A stretch of DNA of 64,000 bases, from contig CAVOGA010000001.1 of NCBI GenBank assembly GCA_963695135.1, forward strand, positions 292,431 through 356,430, given 5' to 3'. Below, piece by piece: positions 44,625-55,324 of this stretch. The notes beneath the pieces were generated by a model. That model did not search any database, was not told where the DNA came from, and saw only the letters and a program-made list of their open reading frames with translations. Source of the stretch: an uncultured Gammaproteobacteria bacterium (GTDB lineage Bacteria > Pseudomonadota > Gammaproteobacteria > Xanthomonadales > SZUA-36). Both the position numbers and the translations under genes were made by a program. Positions within the stretch are counted from its first letter, which is position 1. Every line of letters starts with the position of its first letter.

Positions 44625-45240
44625 TCAGTCTGACGTCCCGCCACCCAGGTTGGCCGACTGATCGACCATGATCAGCTCATCCATCGGAAAGCCATGCGCC
44701 CCGGCCATGGCCCGAAGTTCGCCAGGGTGGCCTCCGGCAGTGCTCGGCGTGCGCGACAGTATCCACAGGTAGCCCCGGTCGGGACCGGAAATCAGCGAGT
44801 AGCGGTAATCCGGCGCCGTCCTCGTCCAGGGCCATGATGTGATAGCCACCGTAGAAGGGTCCGAAAAAGGAGACCTTGAGGGAACCCGACGTCCGGCGCC
44901 CCGATGAAATAGGCCTTGCCTTCAATATCGTCCCAGGCGCCCTTGTCTTCCTTGAAGCCGCGGTTGAGTACCGATACCCCGCCGTCCTCCCGCCAGGCGT
45001 ATTCCGCGGTGACCGCGCTCAGGCCGCGCTCAAAACGGTGATCCAGCCGCGCGATCTCGTACCAGCGTCCCAGGTAGCGCTCGGCCTCAAAGTCCGTGAC
45101 CGGCTCAACGCCCTCGGGCGGATGACGAGCAGGCTGCAGGCCACCAGGAATGCGGTTGACAGCAGGGCCGCCAGCGGTAGCCGGAACGCAACGGGCGCCG
45201 CCCGGCACCGGGCAAGGGGATAGCTGCTCTGTTGGCTCAT
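44625..45240 (-). pseudogene. blc: bacterial lipocalin (Blc-like outer-membrane lipoprotein), about 3 frameshifts
   Basis: Lipobox LVAC in one frame; FEAERYLGRWYEIARLDHRFERG...DIEGKAYF in a second; LKVSFFGPFYGGYHIMALDEDG in a third; DYRYSLISGPDRGYLWILSRTP in a fourth. Confidence 0.8.
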
Positions 45241-45314
45241 AAGATTATCCTAAACAAATGTTATACAATCGCCGCCCAATTCCTGAATGATACGGATCGA
45301 ACCCGGAACAGCCC

Positions 45315-46784
45315 ATGCAACCAAGCCGCCACCATCGTCTGGTTTCGCCGCGACCTGCGCCTGCAGGACAACCCGGCACTGGCCGCAGCGCTGGAGCGCG
45401 GCGCGCCCGTTGTCCCAGTGTATCTCTTCTGCGCCGGACGAGGAAGGCGCTGGGCGCCGGGTGGCGCCAGCCGCTGGTGGCTGCACCATGCCCTGGAAAG
45501 CCTGCAGTCGGCCCTGGCGGAGCGTGGCCTGCCGTTGGTATCTGCGACGCAGCTGCCAGTCTCGACGGACTGCGCAGTCCCTGGCACGGAGACCGGTGCG
45601 GACGCAGTCTACTGGAATCGCCGCTACGAGCCCGCCATCGTCGCGCGGGATAGGGCATCAAGCAGGCGCTGCGCGATGACGGTCTGCAGGCCAGGAGTTT
45701 TAACGGCTCGCTGATCTGGGAGCCGCACGAGAGTCAGCACGCAGACGGGCGAGCCCTACCGCGTGTTCACGCCCTTCTGGAAATCACTGCGCGCGCGGCC
45801 TGCCCCTTCCCCGTGCCCGCTGCCGGAGGTGAAGTGGCTGCCACCGGAAAATAATCCGGCGAGTGAAACACTGGAGTCACTGGCACTGCTGCCCCACCCT
45901 GGACTGGGCGGACCGCTTCACGGAACGCTGGACGCCGACACTGGCGGGTGCGGAAACGGCGCTGGCGGAGTTCCTTGCCGGGCCGATCAGCGGCTACCCG
46001 GACCGCCGCGACCGCCCGGCGCAAGAAAGGCACATCGCGCCTGTCACCGTTCCTGGCCCACGGGCAGCTGGGACCCCGGCAGGTGTGGGCCGCAGTCCAC
46101 GCGAGCGGCGCGGCAGACAGCAATGACGGCTACAAATTCCTCAGCGAAATCGCCTGGCGGGAGTTTGCCTACCACCTGCTGGTGCACTTCCCGCATACGC
46201 CGGAGCAGGCGCTGTACGACAAGTACGATAACTTCCCCTGGCAACCGGACCAGGCACAGTTGCGGGCCTGGCAGCGGGGGCAGACCGGCTACCCGATTGT
46301 CGATGCCGGCATGCGCGAACTGTGGGCCACCGGCTGGATGCACAACCGGGTGCGCATGATCGTCGCCTCCCTGCTGGTCAAACACCTGCTGCAACCCTGG
46401 CAGGACGGCGCCCGCTGGTTCTGGGACACGCTGGTCGATGCCGACCTGGCCAGCAACACCATGGGCTGGCAGTGGTCCGCCGGCAGCGGCGCCGATGCGG
46501 CCCCGTATTTCCGCATCTTCAACCCGATTCTGCAGGGTGAAAAATTTGACCCGGACGGCGCCTATGTAAAGCGCTGGGTGCCGGAGTTGAAGGACATGCC
46601 GGCCAGGTACATTCATAACCCCTGGGAGGCCCCGCCGGAAATCCGTCGCAGCGCGGGCCTGCGCCTGGGTGACAACTACCCGAAACCGGTGATCGAGCAC
46701 AAGACGGGGCGCGAACGCGCGCTGGCGGCGTTGCAGGCCAACAAGGCCCGCAATGAAGCAGCGCAAGAGGAGCACACGTCGTGA
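45315..46784 (+). pseudogene. phrB: deoxyribodipyrimidine (CPD) photolyase, at least 4-5 frameshifts; start uncertain
   Basis: IVWFRRDLRLQDNPAL / GADAVYWNRRYEPAIVARDR / IKQALRDDGLQARSFNGSLIWEPHE / YRVFTPFWKSL / TLDWADRFTERW...GYPDRRDRPA / TSRLSPFLAHGQLGPRQVW...GWMHNRVRMIVASLLVKHL...WQWSAGSGADAAPYFRIFNP. These blocks are spread over all three frames. Confidence 0.85.
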
Positions 46785-47564
46785 GCGGGGCTCTGGTGCC
46801 GGGCGACCGGGATGCGCTGGTGGTCGGCGCCAGCCGCGGTATCGGACTGGCACTGGCCAGCGCCCTGCTGCAATCAGACAGCAGATCACGAATCTGGCAG
46901 CCGGGTGTTCGCCACCTTTCGCGGGGAAACACCACCGGCCGCACTGGAAGCCCTGGCAGAACGTTTTGGGACGCGACTCCAACTGCTGCGCTGCGAACTG
47001 GCTGACGATGCCTCCATCGCGGAACTGGCCAGCCAACTCGCGGCCGCCAAGGCAATCCTCGGCCTGACCCTGCACGCCGCCGGCATTCTGCACGAGGGCG
47101 AACTCCAGCCGGAAAAGGCGCTGCAGCAGGCCCGGCGTGAGTCCCTGGCCCGCCTGTTTGAGATCAACAGCATCGCGCCCCTGCTCATCGCCCGGGCAGT
47201 CCTGCCCCTGGTCCCCCGGCAAGGCGTGAGTCATTTCGCCGCACTGTCGGCCATGGTTGGCAGCATCGGCGACAACCGCATAGGCGGCTGGTACGCCTAC
47301 CGCGCCTCCAAGGCAGCCCTGAACCAGTTGCTAAAGACCCTCGCGATTGAGGCCCGTCGCACCCACCCCGGGCTCTGCGTCACATCGATTCACCCGGGAA
47401 CCACGGACACCGCCCTGTCGAAACCCTTCCAGGGCAACGTTCCTGAGAACCGCCTGTACACGCCGGCCCAGTCGGCGGAGCGCATTCTGCAGGTGGTGCT
47501 GGACGGCACCCCTGAAACTTCCGGCCGTTTCATGAACTGGAACGGCGAACCCCTCCCCTGGTAA
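46781..47564 (+). pseudogene. SDR family oxidoreductase, one frameshift (~46880)
   Basis: GTG 46781 overlaps the phrB stop. ALVVGASRGIGLALA (TGxxxGxG-type motif) lies in one frame; the rest (YRASKAALNQL catalytic YxxxK) is in ORF 46812..47564. Confidence 0.82.
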
Positions 47565-47576
47565 ACGGAGACCCTC

Positions 47577-48561
47577 ATGAAACCACAGCCGGAACACACG
47601 GAACACCAGCAGTTACACCATCGGCGCCGCCGCGCGCCTGACCGGGCTCAGCACGCAGCTGATCCGAGCCTGGGAACAGCGCTACGGCGCCGTGGTGGCC
47701 GAACGTTCAGACAATGGGCGCCGCTGTTACAGCGCCGCAGACGTGGAGAAGCTCGGCTTGCTCAAGGCCCTGACGGACCGGGGCATCGCAATCAGCACGA
47801 TTGCCGGCCTGGACCGCACGGCCCTCCTCGCACAGCTCAACGAAGCCGACCAGGTTGCACTCAGGCCGCTCGAAGGCAAGGTCCGCGTGGTGGCGTTGGG
47901 CGCCAGGGTTTCCGAACTGCTGGAGCTGGACGTGGTGCCCACCAACCCGATTGAACTGGTGGCCCGGGGCGTTGAGACAGATCGCTTTCTTGCGGATGCG
48001 CGCGGCCTGGCGCCGGATGTTCTGGTGATCGAGACCGGCAGCCTGGGTCCCGACAGCCGTTCCTGGCTGGAGTCCGTGCGCCAGTCAACGGGCGCCGGGG
48101 AAGTCCTGGTGGCCTACGGATTTGCGCGCGGCGCGGATGAACGGGAACTCGCCGCGCACGGATTCCGCCTGCTGCGCACGCCGATCAACGGCGAAGAGCT
48201 GGCGGTCGCCATCCTTGCCGCCGCGGTCAAGCTGCGCTCCGGCGACTACTTCAATGCGCCGGTGGAAACGCGCACGGCCCCGGCACGCCCGGTGGTAGAC
48301 ATCCCGCCCCGCCGTTTTACCGAGGCCCAGCTCGTCGCCCTGGCAAGGATCAAGAGCGCCGTGGACTGCGAGTGTCCCAACCACATGGCGGACGTGGTCC
48401 AGACCCTGTCCGCCTTTGAAAGCTACTGCGCGCAATGCGAGGACCGTAACGACGACGACGCGGCATTGCACGCCTACCTGCACCGCAGCACCGCCCAGGC
48501 GCGGGCCCTGATGGAGGTCGCCCTGGCGCACCTGGTCGAAGAAGAGGGCCTGACCCTGTAG
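47577..48561 (+). pseudogene. MerR family regulator with a Rossmann-like middle domain and a 4-Cys C-terminal module; one frameshift just after the start (~47600)
   Basis: ATG 47577 is in frame 0. The HTH (YTIGAAARLTGLSTQLIRAWEQRYGAVVAERSDNGRRCYSAADVEKL) is in frame 1, with TGA at 47578 and no start codon before it. C-terminus: DCECPNH...YCAQCE. Confidence 0.8.
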
Positions 48562-48710
48562 GGACTTGCATCTTGTTTATCTTTTGTATATGATTAAATC
48601 ATTCCTTAGTTAAACAAGTCTTTAACAAAGGAGTGCGACTTCCCAACGATTGTTCGCATCTCCCTCTGCACTTCGCAATCCCATCACTCCGATGGATGTG
48701 AACAATCCCT

Positions 48711-48740
48711 CGCCCGCCGTCACACCGGCGGGCGTTTTTT
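48711..48740 (+). terminator. intrinsic terminator, plus strand
   Basis: CGCCCGCC / GGCGGGCG stem with an 8-nt loop, followed by TTTTTTATT; about 150 nt downstream of the MerR stop. Confidence 0.7.
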
Positions 48741-48812
48741 ATTCCTCCTCGCCAACCAATGGTGGCTTAGTTGGCGGTTGTGGTGGGGCGACCCGGTACT
48801 GACCGGCCGGAC

Positions 48813-50364
48813 TCACAGGCGGGCAGGGTCGGCGATGATCTGCTCGGCGGTCGCCAGGATTGCTTCGCGGCGATCTTCGGCCATGCGGTCCCAGTTGCGG
48901 TAGACCATGCCGATACGCGGGTTTTTTTCCAGGCGCGCCCGGTGGCGCTCCATGAAGTGCCAGTAGAGCGGATTGAAGGGACAGGCCTTGTCGCCGCTGC
49001 GCGTTTTCACGTCGAAGTGGCAGCCGGCGCAGTGATCGCCCATCTTGTTGATGTAATTACCGGAGGAAACATAGGGCTTGCTGGCGATCACGCCGCCGTC
49101 GGCAAACTGGCTCATGCCCCGCGTATTCGGCATCTCCACCCATTCGATCGCGTCGATGTAGACGCCCAGGTACCAGGCATCCACCGCGTCCGGGTGCACG
49201 CCCAGCAACAGGGCGAAGTTGCCGGTCACCATCAGGCGCTGGATGTGGTGCGCGTAGGCGTGCTCCAGGGACTGGCCGATGGCCTGTCGCATGCAGGCCA
49301 TGCGGGTCTCGCCGGTCCAGTAGAACTCCGGCAAAGGCGCTTCGTGCCCGAGCTCGTTCAGCGCCGCGTAGTCCGGCATGCGCGTCCAGTAGATGCCGCG
49401 CATGAACTCGCGCCAGCCGATGATCTGGCGCACGAAGCCCTCCACCGAGGCCAGCGGATAGCTGTCCGGGTCAGACTTCCACGCCTCGAGGACCGCCTCC
49501 ACCACCTCCCGCGGCGACAGCAGCTTGCTGTTCATGGCAAAAGACAGGCGCGAGTGGAACAGGGCCCAGTCGCGGTCGGTCAGCGCATCCTGGTATTTAC
49601 CGAAGTGCGGCAGCAGCTCCGCGATAAAGTGTGCCAGCAGTTCCTCGCACTGCTCGCGGCTGACCGGCCAGGACAAGGTATCGCCGGCGATCGAGCCCAG
49701 GGTCGGGATCTCGTGACGCTCCAGGCGCGCCCGGGCGGCGGTCACATCGTTGCTGAACAGCAACGGTTCAGGGAGCTCGATGGATTTGGGCAGCGACTTG
49801 CGGTTTTCCACGTCAAAGTTCCACTGGCCACCGACCGGCTCACCGTCCTCGTCCATCAGCCAGCCGCTGTCGCGCCGGATTCGCCGGTAGAAATGCTCCA
49901 TGCGTTGTTGCTTGTCCGCGGGAAACACCTCACCGAGCGCATCGAAGGTGACCAGGAAGTGTTCCGTACCGCAGCAGCGACCGGGGATATGCAGACCATC
50001 GCAGAACTTCGAGAGCTGTTGGAGGAGGCGGAACTCATCCGGACGCTGGTACTCAAAGACCTCCGCGCCGCTGTGCCTCAACAAATGGGTCAGCAGGGCG
50101 GGAAGGTCCTGGAAATCGGCCGTCGTCGTCCAGGTCCAGGTGCAGCACCCGGTGGCCGCGCGACTGCAGCTGATCGGCGAAGGCCTGCATGGCGAGAAAA
50201 AAAGCGAGCACTTTCTGCACGTGGTGACGCACGTAGGTCGCCTCCTGGTGGAGCTCGGCCAGCACGTACAGCGTGTCGGGATCGGTCTCGCCCAGCCAGG
50301 AGTGGGCATCATTGAGCTGATCGCCCAGGACCAGGCGCAAACGCTTGCAGGCGGGGACGTTCAC
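48813..50364 (-). pseudogene. FeS-BCP type cryptochrome / (6-4) photolyase family protein (CryB/PhrB-like), one frameshift (~50125)
   Basis: N-terminus KRLRLVLGDQLN...HRVLHLDLDD lies in ORF 50053..50409; TADFQDLPALL... to the end lies in ORF 48813..50312. Four-Cys Fe-S pattern incl. HCAGCHFD...ACPFNPLYW. Putative GTG 50364 overlaps the DUF2256 stop. Confidence 0.85.
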
Positions 50365-50555
50365 GAGGCGCCAGCCGTCTGCGCGCCCTGGCGGCGCCCC
50401 CGGCGGCATCGCTCAGAACAGTACTTCACCTCGTCCCAGCACTCCGCCCACTTGCGTCGCCACTCAAAGGGGCGATCACAGACCGGACAGAGCTTGGTCG
50501 GGCTTCGGGTCCGCGCCGGCCCACGACAGGCGCTATGAGCCGGGCCGCTCGGCAA
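50361..50555 (-). CDS. DUF2256 zinc-ribbon protein
   Basis: CPVCDRPFEWRRKWAECWDEVKYCSERC (CxxC...CxxxC). The start is uncertain: the annotated ATG overlaps the corrected end of the upstream cfa-like gene by 23 nt. Confidence 0.7.
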   Translation of the reverse strand: MPSGPAHSACRGPARTRSPTKLCPVCDRPFEWRRKWAECWDEVKYCSERCRRGRRQGAQTAGAS

Positions 50556-51777
50556 TCAGGTGCACGTCGGAGATGGCGCGCTCGATAAATCCGCCTTCGC
50601 AGTAGCACAGGTAGTACTCCCACATGCGGATAAACGCCTCTGAGTAACCCAGCTCACGCACCTCGTCGAGGCGCGCGTAGAACCGTTTGCCGCCAGTGAT
50701 TCAGGGTCAGGGCATAGTCGCGGCCGATGTCATGCAGGCCGGTCACCATCATGTCGCTCTGCCCGGCGATCGAGTTCACCATGGCCTTGACTGACGGCAG
50801 GTTGGAGCCGGGGAAGATGTAGCGCTGGATAAAGTCCACGGACCGCTTGGCCTCTTCATAGCGGGGCTCGCAATGGTGATCGCCTGCATCAGCAGCCGGC
50901 CGCCCGGCTTGAGCAGTTCGCCACACTTGTGGAAGTAGGTGTCGTACTGCTGCCAGCCGATCGCCTCGATCATCTCGATGCTCACCAGCTTGTCGTACTG
51001 GCCCTGCAGATCGCGATAGTCAGACAGCAGCAATTCGATGCGGTCCTCGCAGACCCGCCTCCGCAATCGCCGCTGGCCGCCCAGCGATGCTGCTCCGCGG
51101 AAATGGTGGTGGTGGTCACCCGGCAGCCGTAGTGCTGCGCCGCGTGGATCGCCAGCCCGCCCCAGCCGGTGCCGATCTCCACCAGGTGGTCGCCGGGCTG
51201 CAGGTCCAGGCGCCGGCAGACCGCGTCCAGCCGGGCCAGTTGCGCCTCGTGCAGGGGCGTATCCGGGGTCTCGAATATCGCGCTGGAGTACATCATGGTC
51301 TCGTCCAGCCACAGGGCAAAAAAGTCATTGCCCAGGTCGTAGTGCGCCGAGATATTGCGCCGCGCGCCCTCACGCGTGTTGCGGTTCACCCAGTGAAACA
51401 GTTTCTGCAACGGCTGCGGTAAAGCGCGCCGTGCCACCTTCCATGTCATCGAGCACATGGCGGTTGCGCAGCAGCATCTGCACCAGCGCAACCAGGTCGT
51501 CACAGTCCCAGGAGCCCTGCATATAGGCCTCGCCGGCGCCGATGGAGCCGCCAAAGGCGATATCGGAATAAAACGACGGCTCGCGCACGGTGATCGTCGC
51601 GGCCGGCGCATCACCGGCGCCGAACGTGTGCTGCTGCTCGCCGTCGACGAGCACCAGGCGGCCGATCTCCAGCCGGGCCAGTTGCTTGAGCACCAGGCGC
51701 TCGGCCAGCTGATCCAGGCGGCGGGGCTTGGGTGTGCCGCCCAGGTGGCGGTCGGAAGCCAGACTGACAGCTTTCAT
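50533..51777 (-). pseudogene. cyclopropane-fatty-acyl-phospholipid synthase family (SAM-dependent lipid methyltransferase-like), about 4 frameshifts
   Basis: Blocks in four ORFs plus a fifth frame: EAYMQGSWDCDDLVAL / NISAHYDLGNDFFALWLDETMMYSSA...VEIGTGWGGLA / DKLVSIEMIEAIG...LKPGGRLLMQAITI / RYEEAKRSVDFIQRYIFPGSNLPS / FYARLDEVRELGYSEAFIRMWEYYLCYCEGGF...* (stop 50535-50533). Confidence 0.85.
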
Positions 51778-52553
51778 GAACTTTGCTCCATTTTCCGGGC
51801 ATCGATTTTATTCGGATGGTCGTGGACCGGCGAGCCCTTCAGCCACAGTTTCAGGGCCTGCCAGTGTATCGCCGCCATGACCTTGCCGGTCATGAACGGG
51901 ATGACTGGCCAGGGCGCCGGCCAGCACCGGGCCGGTGAGCGGGCGGCGTTCCAGGTCCAGCGTCGCATCAAAGATCTTGTCACCTTTACGGTGATTGGCC
52001 ATGTGCACCGTCAGGCGCTCGTCGGGGGCGCGAAAGCGCCAGTCATAATCCACGTCCATTTCCATGAAGGGCGAGACATGCATGGCCTTGACCGGCTCGA
52101 AAGCGCTGGTGACGGCCGACCCGCCCGCTGTCGTCCCGCAGCACGTAGCAGTGCCGCTCACCCCAGGGCGTGTTGTTGACCTCGGCCACGATCGCCTCGA
52201 CCCGCGAGTCCGGCCTGGTCAAAGCAGTAGTAAAAGCTCACCGGGTTGAAGCAGTAGCCGAAATACTGGAGGTGGGTCAGCAGGCGGATGGGGCCGTCCA
52301 CGGTCGCGCCCGACTGCTCCAGCACGTGCTCGCGAACGCAATCGGCCAGCGGCCGCTGCGGGTCGCCGAGGTGATCCTCGCGCCGGAAGCGCGCCGGCGC
52401 GGCCCGCCGCGTGGACCAGAGCCAGCGGCCGTCAAACACCGTGTCCAGCTCGTCCAGGTCGAGGTAGACCATGAACAGCCGGTAGCTGAACTCGTGCTCC
52501 ACCGGGCGCATGCGCCGGTGTCTAACTTGCCCTTGATAGATTGCGCTGTGCAT
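51774..52553 (-). pseudogene. DUF1365 family protein, about 3 frameshifts
   Basis: MHSAIYQGQVRHRRMRPVEHEFSYRLFMVYLDLDEL...FYYCFD / AIVAEVNNTPWGERHCYVL / FEPVKAMHVSPFMEMDVDYDWRF / PFMTGKVMAAIHWQALKLWLKG. ATGA overlap with the cfa-like start. Confidence 0.82.
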
Positions 52554-53810
52554 AACTGCGGTCGGTGGCGAAGTGTTCCAGCGCCGCCAGGGCGCTGACC
52601 ACGCCGTCCTCGTGAAAGCCGTTGCGCCAGTAGGCGCCGCAGAAACTGGTGCGGCGACCCTGGTTGAGTTCGCGCTGCCGGGCCTGCGCGGCAACCGCCT
52701 CCGGGCGTAAACACCGGGTGGCTGTAGGAATAGCGTGTCGATAATACGTTGCCGGGTCGATCGCATCGGTGTGGTTGAGCGTCACGCAAAACGGCTGCTG
52801 CGACGCCAGGCCCTGCAGAATGTTCATGTTGTAGGTCACCGCGGCGGGCCGGTCCGGCTTCTCCAGCAGGTGATAATTCCATGCCGCCCAGGCCAGGCGG
52901 CGTTTCGGCAGCACCGTGTGATCCGTGTGCAGAACGGCCTCGTTTTCCTGGTAGCCGATCGCACCCAGTACTTCGCGCTCAGCGTCGCTGGGATCCTTCA
53001 GCATCGCCAGCGCCTGGTCGCTGTGGCAGGCGATGAATACGTGGTCGAAGCGCTCCGCCTCCTGCCCGCGCACCTTCACCGTGACATGGTCGGCAAAACG
53101 CTGATGGCCTCGACCGGCGCGCCCAGGCGGATGCGCTCGCGATGTCCGGCAACCAGCGGCTCCAGGTAATTGGCTCGAGCCGCCCTTGATCACCCGCCAG
53201 GTCGGCCGGTCATCCACCGACAGCATGCCGTGGTTCTTGAAAAAGCGCACAAAGAACTGCGCCGGCATATGGCGCAGGCGCTCCTGGGTTGCCGACCAGA
53301 TCGCCGAACCCATGGGCACGATGTAGTGCTCCTGGAACGCGCGGCCGTAAGCCTTCCCGCTCCAGGTACTCACCCAGCGTTCCGGCATCCGGCGCATCGG
53401 CTGCGAGCAGCGCCGGCGCCTCGCGGTGAAAGCGCAGAATGTCGCGAATCATGCCGAGAAACGACGGCCGCAACAGGTTGCTGCGCTGGGCGAACAGGCG
53501 AGTTGAGCGACGTGCCGTTGTATTCCAGCCCGGTGCGCTCATGCTTGCACGCTGAAACTCATGTCGCTGTCCTGCCAGGGCACCTGCAGCGTCATCGAGC
53601 ATCTCGATGAAGTTCGGGTAGGTCCAGTCGTTGAACACGATAAAACCGGTGTCGACGGCGTAGTGCTGGCCGTCGAGCTCCACATCCACCGTGTGCGTGT
53701 GGCCGCCGATGCGCCGGTCCGCCTCAAACACGGTGATGTCGTGCTCCCGGCGCCAGCTTCCAGGCCGCCACATTGCCGGCAATGCCGGTGCCCACCACGG
53801 CGATTTTCAC
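52522..53810 (-). pseudogene. NAD(P)/FAD-dependent oxidoreductase (flavin amine-oxidase / desaturase-like), at least 6 frameshifts
   Basis: GTG 53810 gives VKIAVVGTGIAGNVAAWKLA (GxGxxG). Later blocks HDITVFEADRRIGGHTHT, FIVFNDWTYPNF, LFAQRSNLLRPSF, YGRAFQEHYIVPMGSAIWS, FFKNHGMLSVDDRPTWRVIKGGS, FDHVFIACHSDQAL, FCGAYWRNGFHEDGV lie in alternating frames. Confidence 0.82.
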
Positions 53811-53850
53811 GGCGTCGCTTCCGCGGCGAACGCGGTGGGATTCACGCCGC

Positions 53851-54755
53851 TCACGGGACACCGGCTTGCAGGTCCCAGACCAGGCCGACGGCGGCCATGG
53901 CGCGCAGGACGTAGTAGGTCAGGTCAATTTCCCACCAGTAGAAGCCCTGGCGCGCAGCCAACGGGATAATGATGATGATTGTTGTGCCAGCCCTCACCGA
54001 AGGTCAGCAGGCCAGCCAGAAATTGTTGCGGCTGTCGTCGCGCGTTGCGTAGCGGCGGCTGCCCCAGCGGTGCGCCAGGGAATTGATGGTAAAGGTGGCG
54101 TGGTACAGCACGACGGTGGAAATGAAGAAACCCCACACCAGCATCTGCCCCCCACTGGTGCCCAGGCCGGGCGCAACACGTTCCAGCAGCATGCCCAGCA
54201 GCAACATGCTCACGGCAAACAGCACCGGCACCGCAATGTCGAAACGGTCCAGGAAACGCAGTTCGGGAAAGCGCATCAGGTCCTTGACCCGCTTCTCCTG
54301 GATCGGGAAGTGTTCGCGGGTCAGGAACCAGGCCGTATGGCTGTGCCAGAAACCATGCTGCACCGGCGAATGCGGATCTTCAGGCTGCTCGGAAACCACG
54401 TGGTGATGGCGGTGATGCGCCGCCCACCAGATCGGCCCGCGCTGCACCGAGGCCGCGCCGATGAAGCCGAAAATAAACTGCATCGGCCGCGAGGTCTTGA
54501 AGCTGCGGTGGGAGAAATAGCGGTGATAGAAGCCGGTGATGGCAATCATGCGCACCGCGTAGGCCAGCAAAGCGACCACCACGGCCACCGGGCTCCAGCC
54601 CACCCAGAACACGGCCAGGCAGGCCAGGTGCATGCCGATATAGGGCAGGGTGCGCAGCCAGTCGACTCTGCCGGCCGGGGCCGCGCCATCGGCAGCACAG
54701 ATCCAGCCGCGCTGGCGTCGAACCAGCTCATCAATACCCGCAGGGGATTTCTCAT
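53851..54755 (-). pseudogene. membrane fatty-acid (acyl-CoA/acyl-lipid) desaturase, about 3 frameshifts
   Basis: Three His boxes: HRYFSH, HHRHHH, HNNHHH. N-terminus (MRNPLRVLMSWFDA), core (ORF 54004..54633) and tail (LLTFGEGWHNNHHHYP / ARQGFYWWEIDLTYYVLRAMAAVGLVWDL) are in different frames. Confidence 0.82.
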
Positions 54756-54762
54756 TGGCGCG

Positions 54763-55299
54763 TTACCATTGTTGCGGCACCTTGCGAAGTTTGGACGTGT
54801 CGTAACCCATGTCTGCCATCAGCGTGACCAGTTCCGCGTAGCGGTCATCGGGAATGGCGGGCTCGCGCGCCATCAGCCACACATAGTCGCGCTTGTTGCG
54901 TCCAATGATGGTGATGGAGTAGTCCTCATCCAGGTAAACGATACGAAAATCGGCCTTGATCGGCCAGATAAAGCGCATGCCCCAGACGGCGTTGTTCTCG
55001 CTCTGCACGAAGCCCTTGGGGTTGTACTCCTTTCGCTCGCCATCGAAACCGCCCTCGCGAAACGTGAAGGTGGTGGCAATCGTGCCGTCATCATTGAGCG
55101 CGTAACTTTCCACCGCGTTGTAGGCATCGGTCTCGATGAAGGTCGGAATGTTGCCGATCACGTACCAGTCGCCCATGAAGCGCTCCAGATCCACGTAATC
55201 GACGGGCTTCAGCGGCTCCATGCTGCTACAGCCCACGGCCAGCAGCGCCAGGGCGGCAAGGCCCCAGCTGCGCAACGATGTCGTTCGAAATGATTTCAT
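54763..55299 (-). CDS. lipocalin family lipoprotein (Blc-like), intact
   Basis: 178 aa; lipobox LAVGCSS; FMGDWYVIGNIPTF lipocalin motif. Confidence 0.85.
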   Translation of the reverse strand: MKSFRTTSLRSWGLAALALLAVGCSSMEPLKPVDYVDLERFMGDWYVIGNIPTFIETDAYNAVESYALNDDGTIATTFTFREGGFDGERKEYNPKGFVQSENNAVWGMRFIWPIKADFRIVYLDEDYSITIIGRNKRDYVWLMAREPAIPDDRYAELVTLMADMGYDTSKLRKVPQQW

Positions 55300-55324
55300 G
55301 ATTGATTCTCATCAGGTTCTTCAG

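Noticed and set aside
45232-45314. ATG 45232 as the photolyase start (in frame with IVWFRRDLRL).
   Set aside because: It would overlap the divergent blc start and add a 25-aa AT-rich leader (MAHKIILNKCYTIAAQFLND...) that looks like promoter DNA. ATG 45315 is out of frame by one base, consistent with yet another indel, so the true start is left uncertain.
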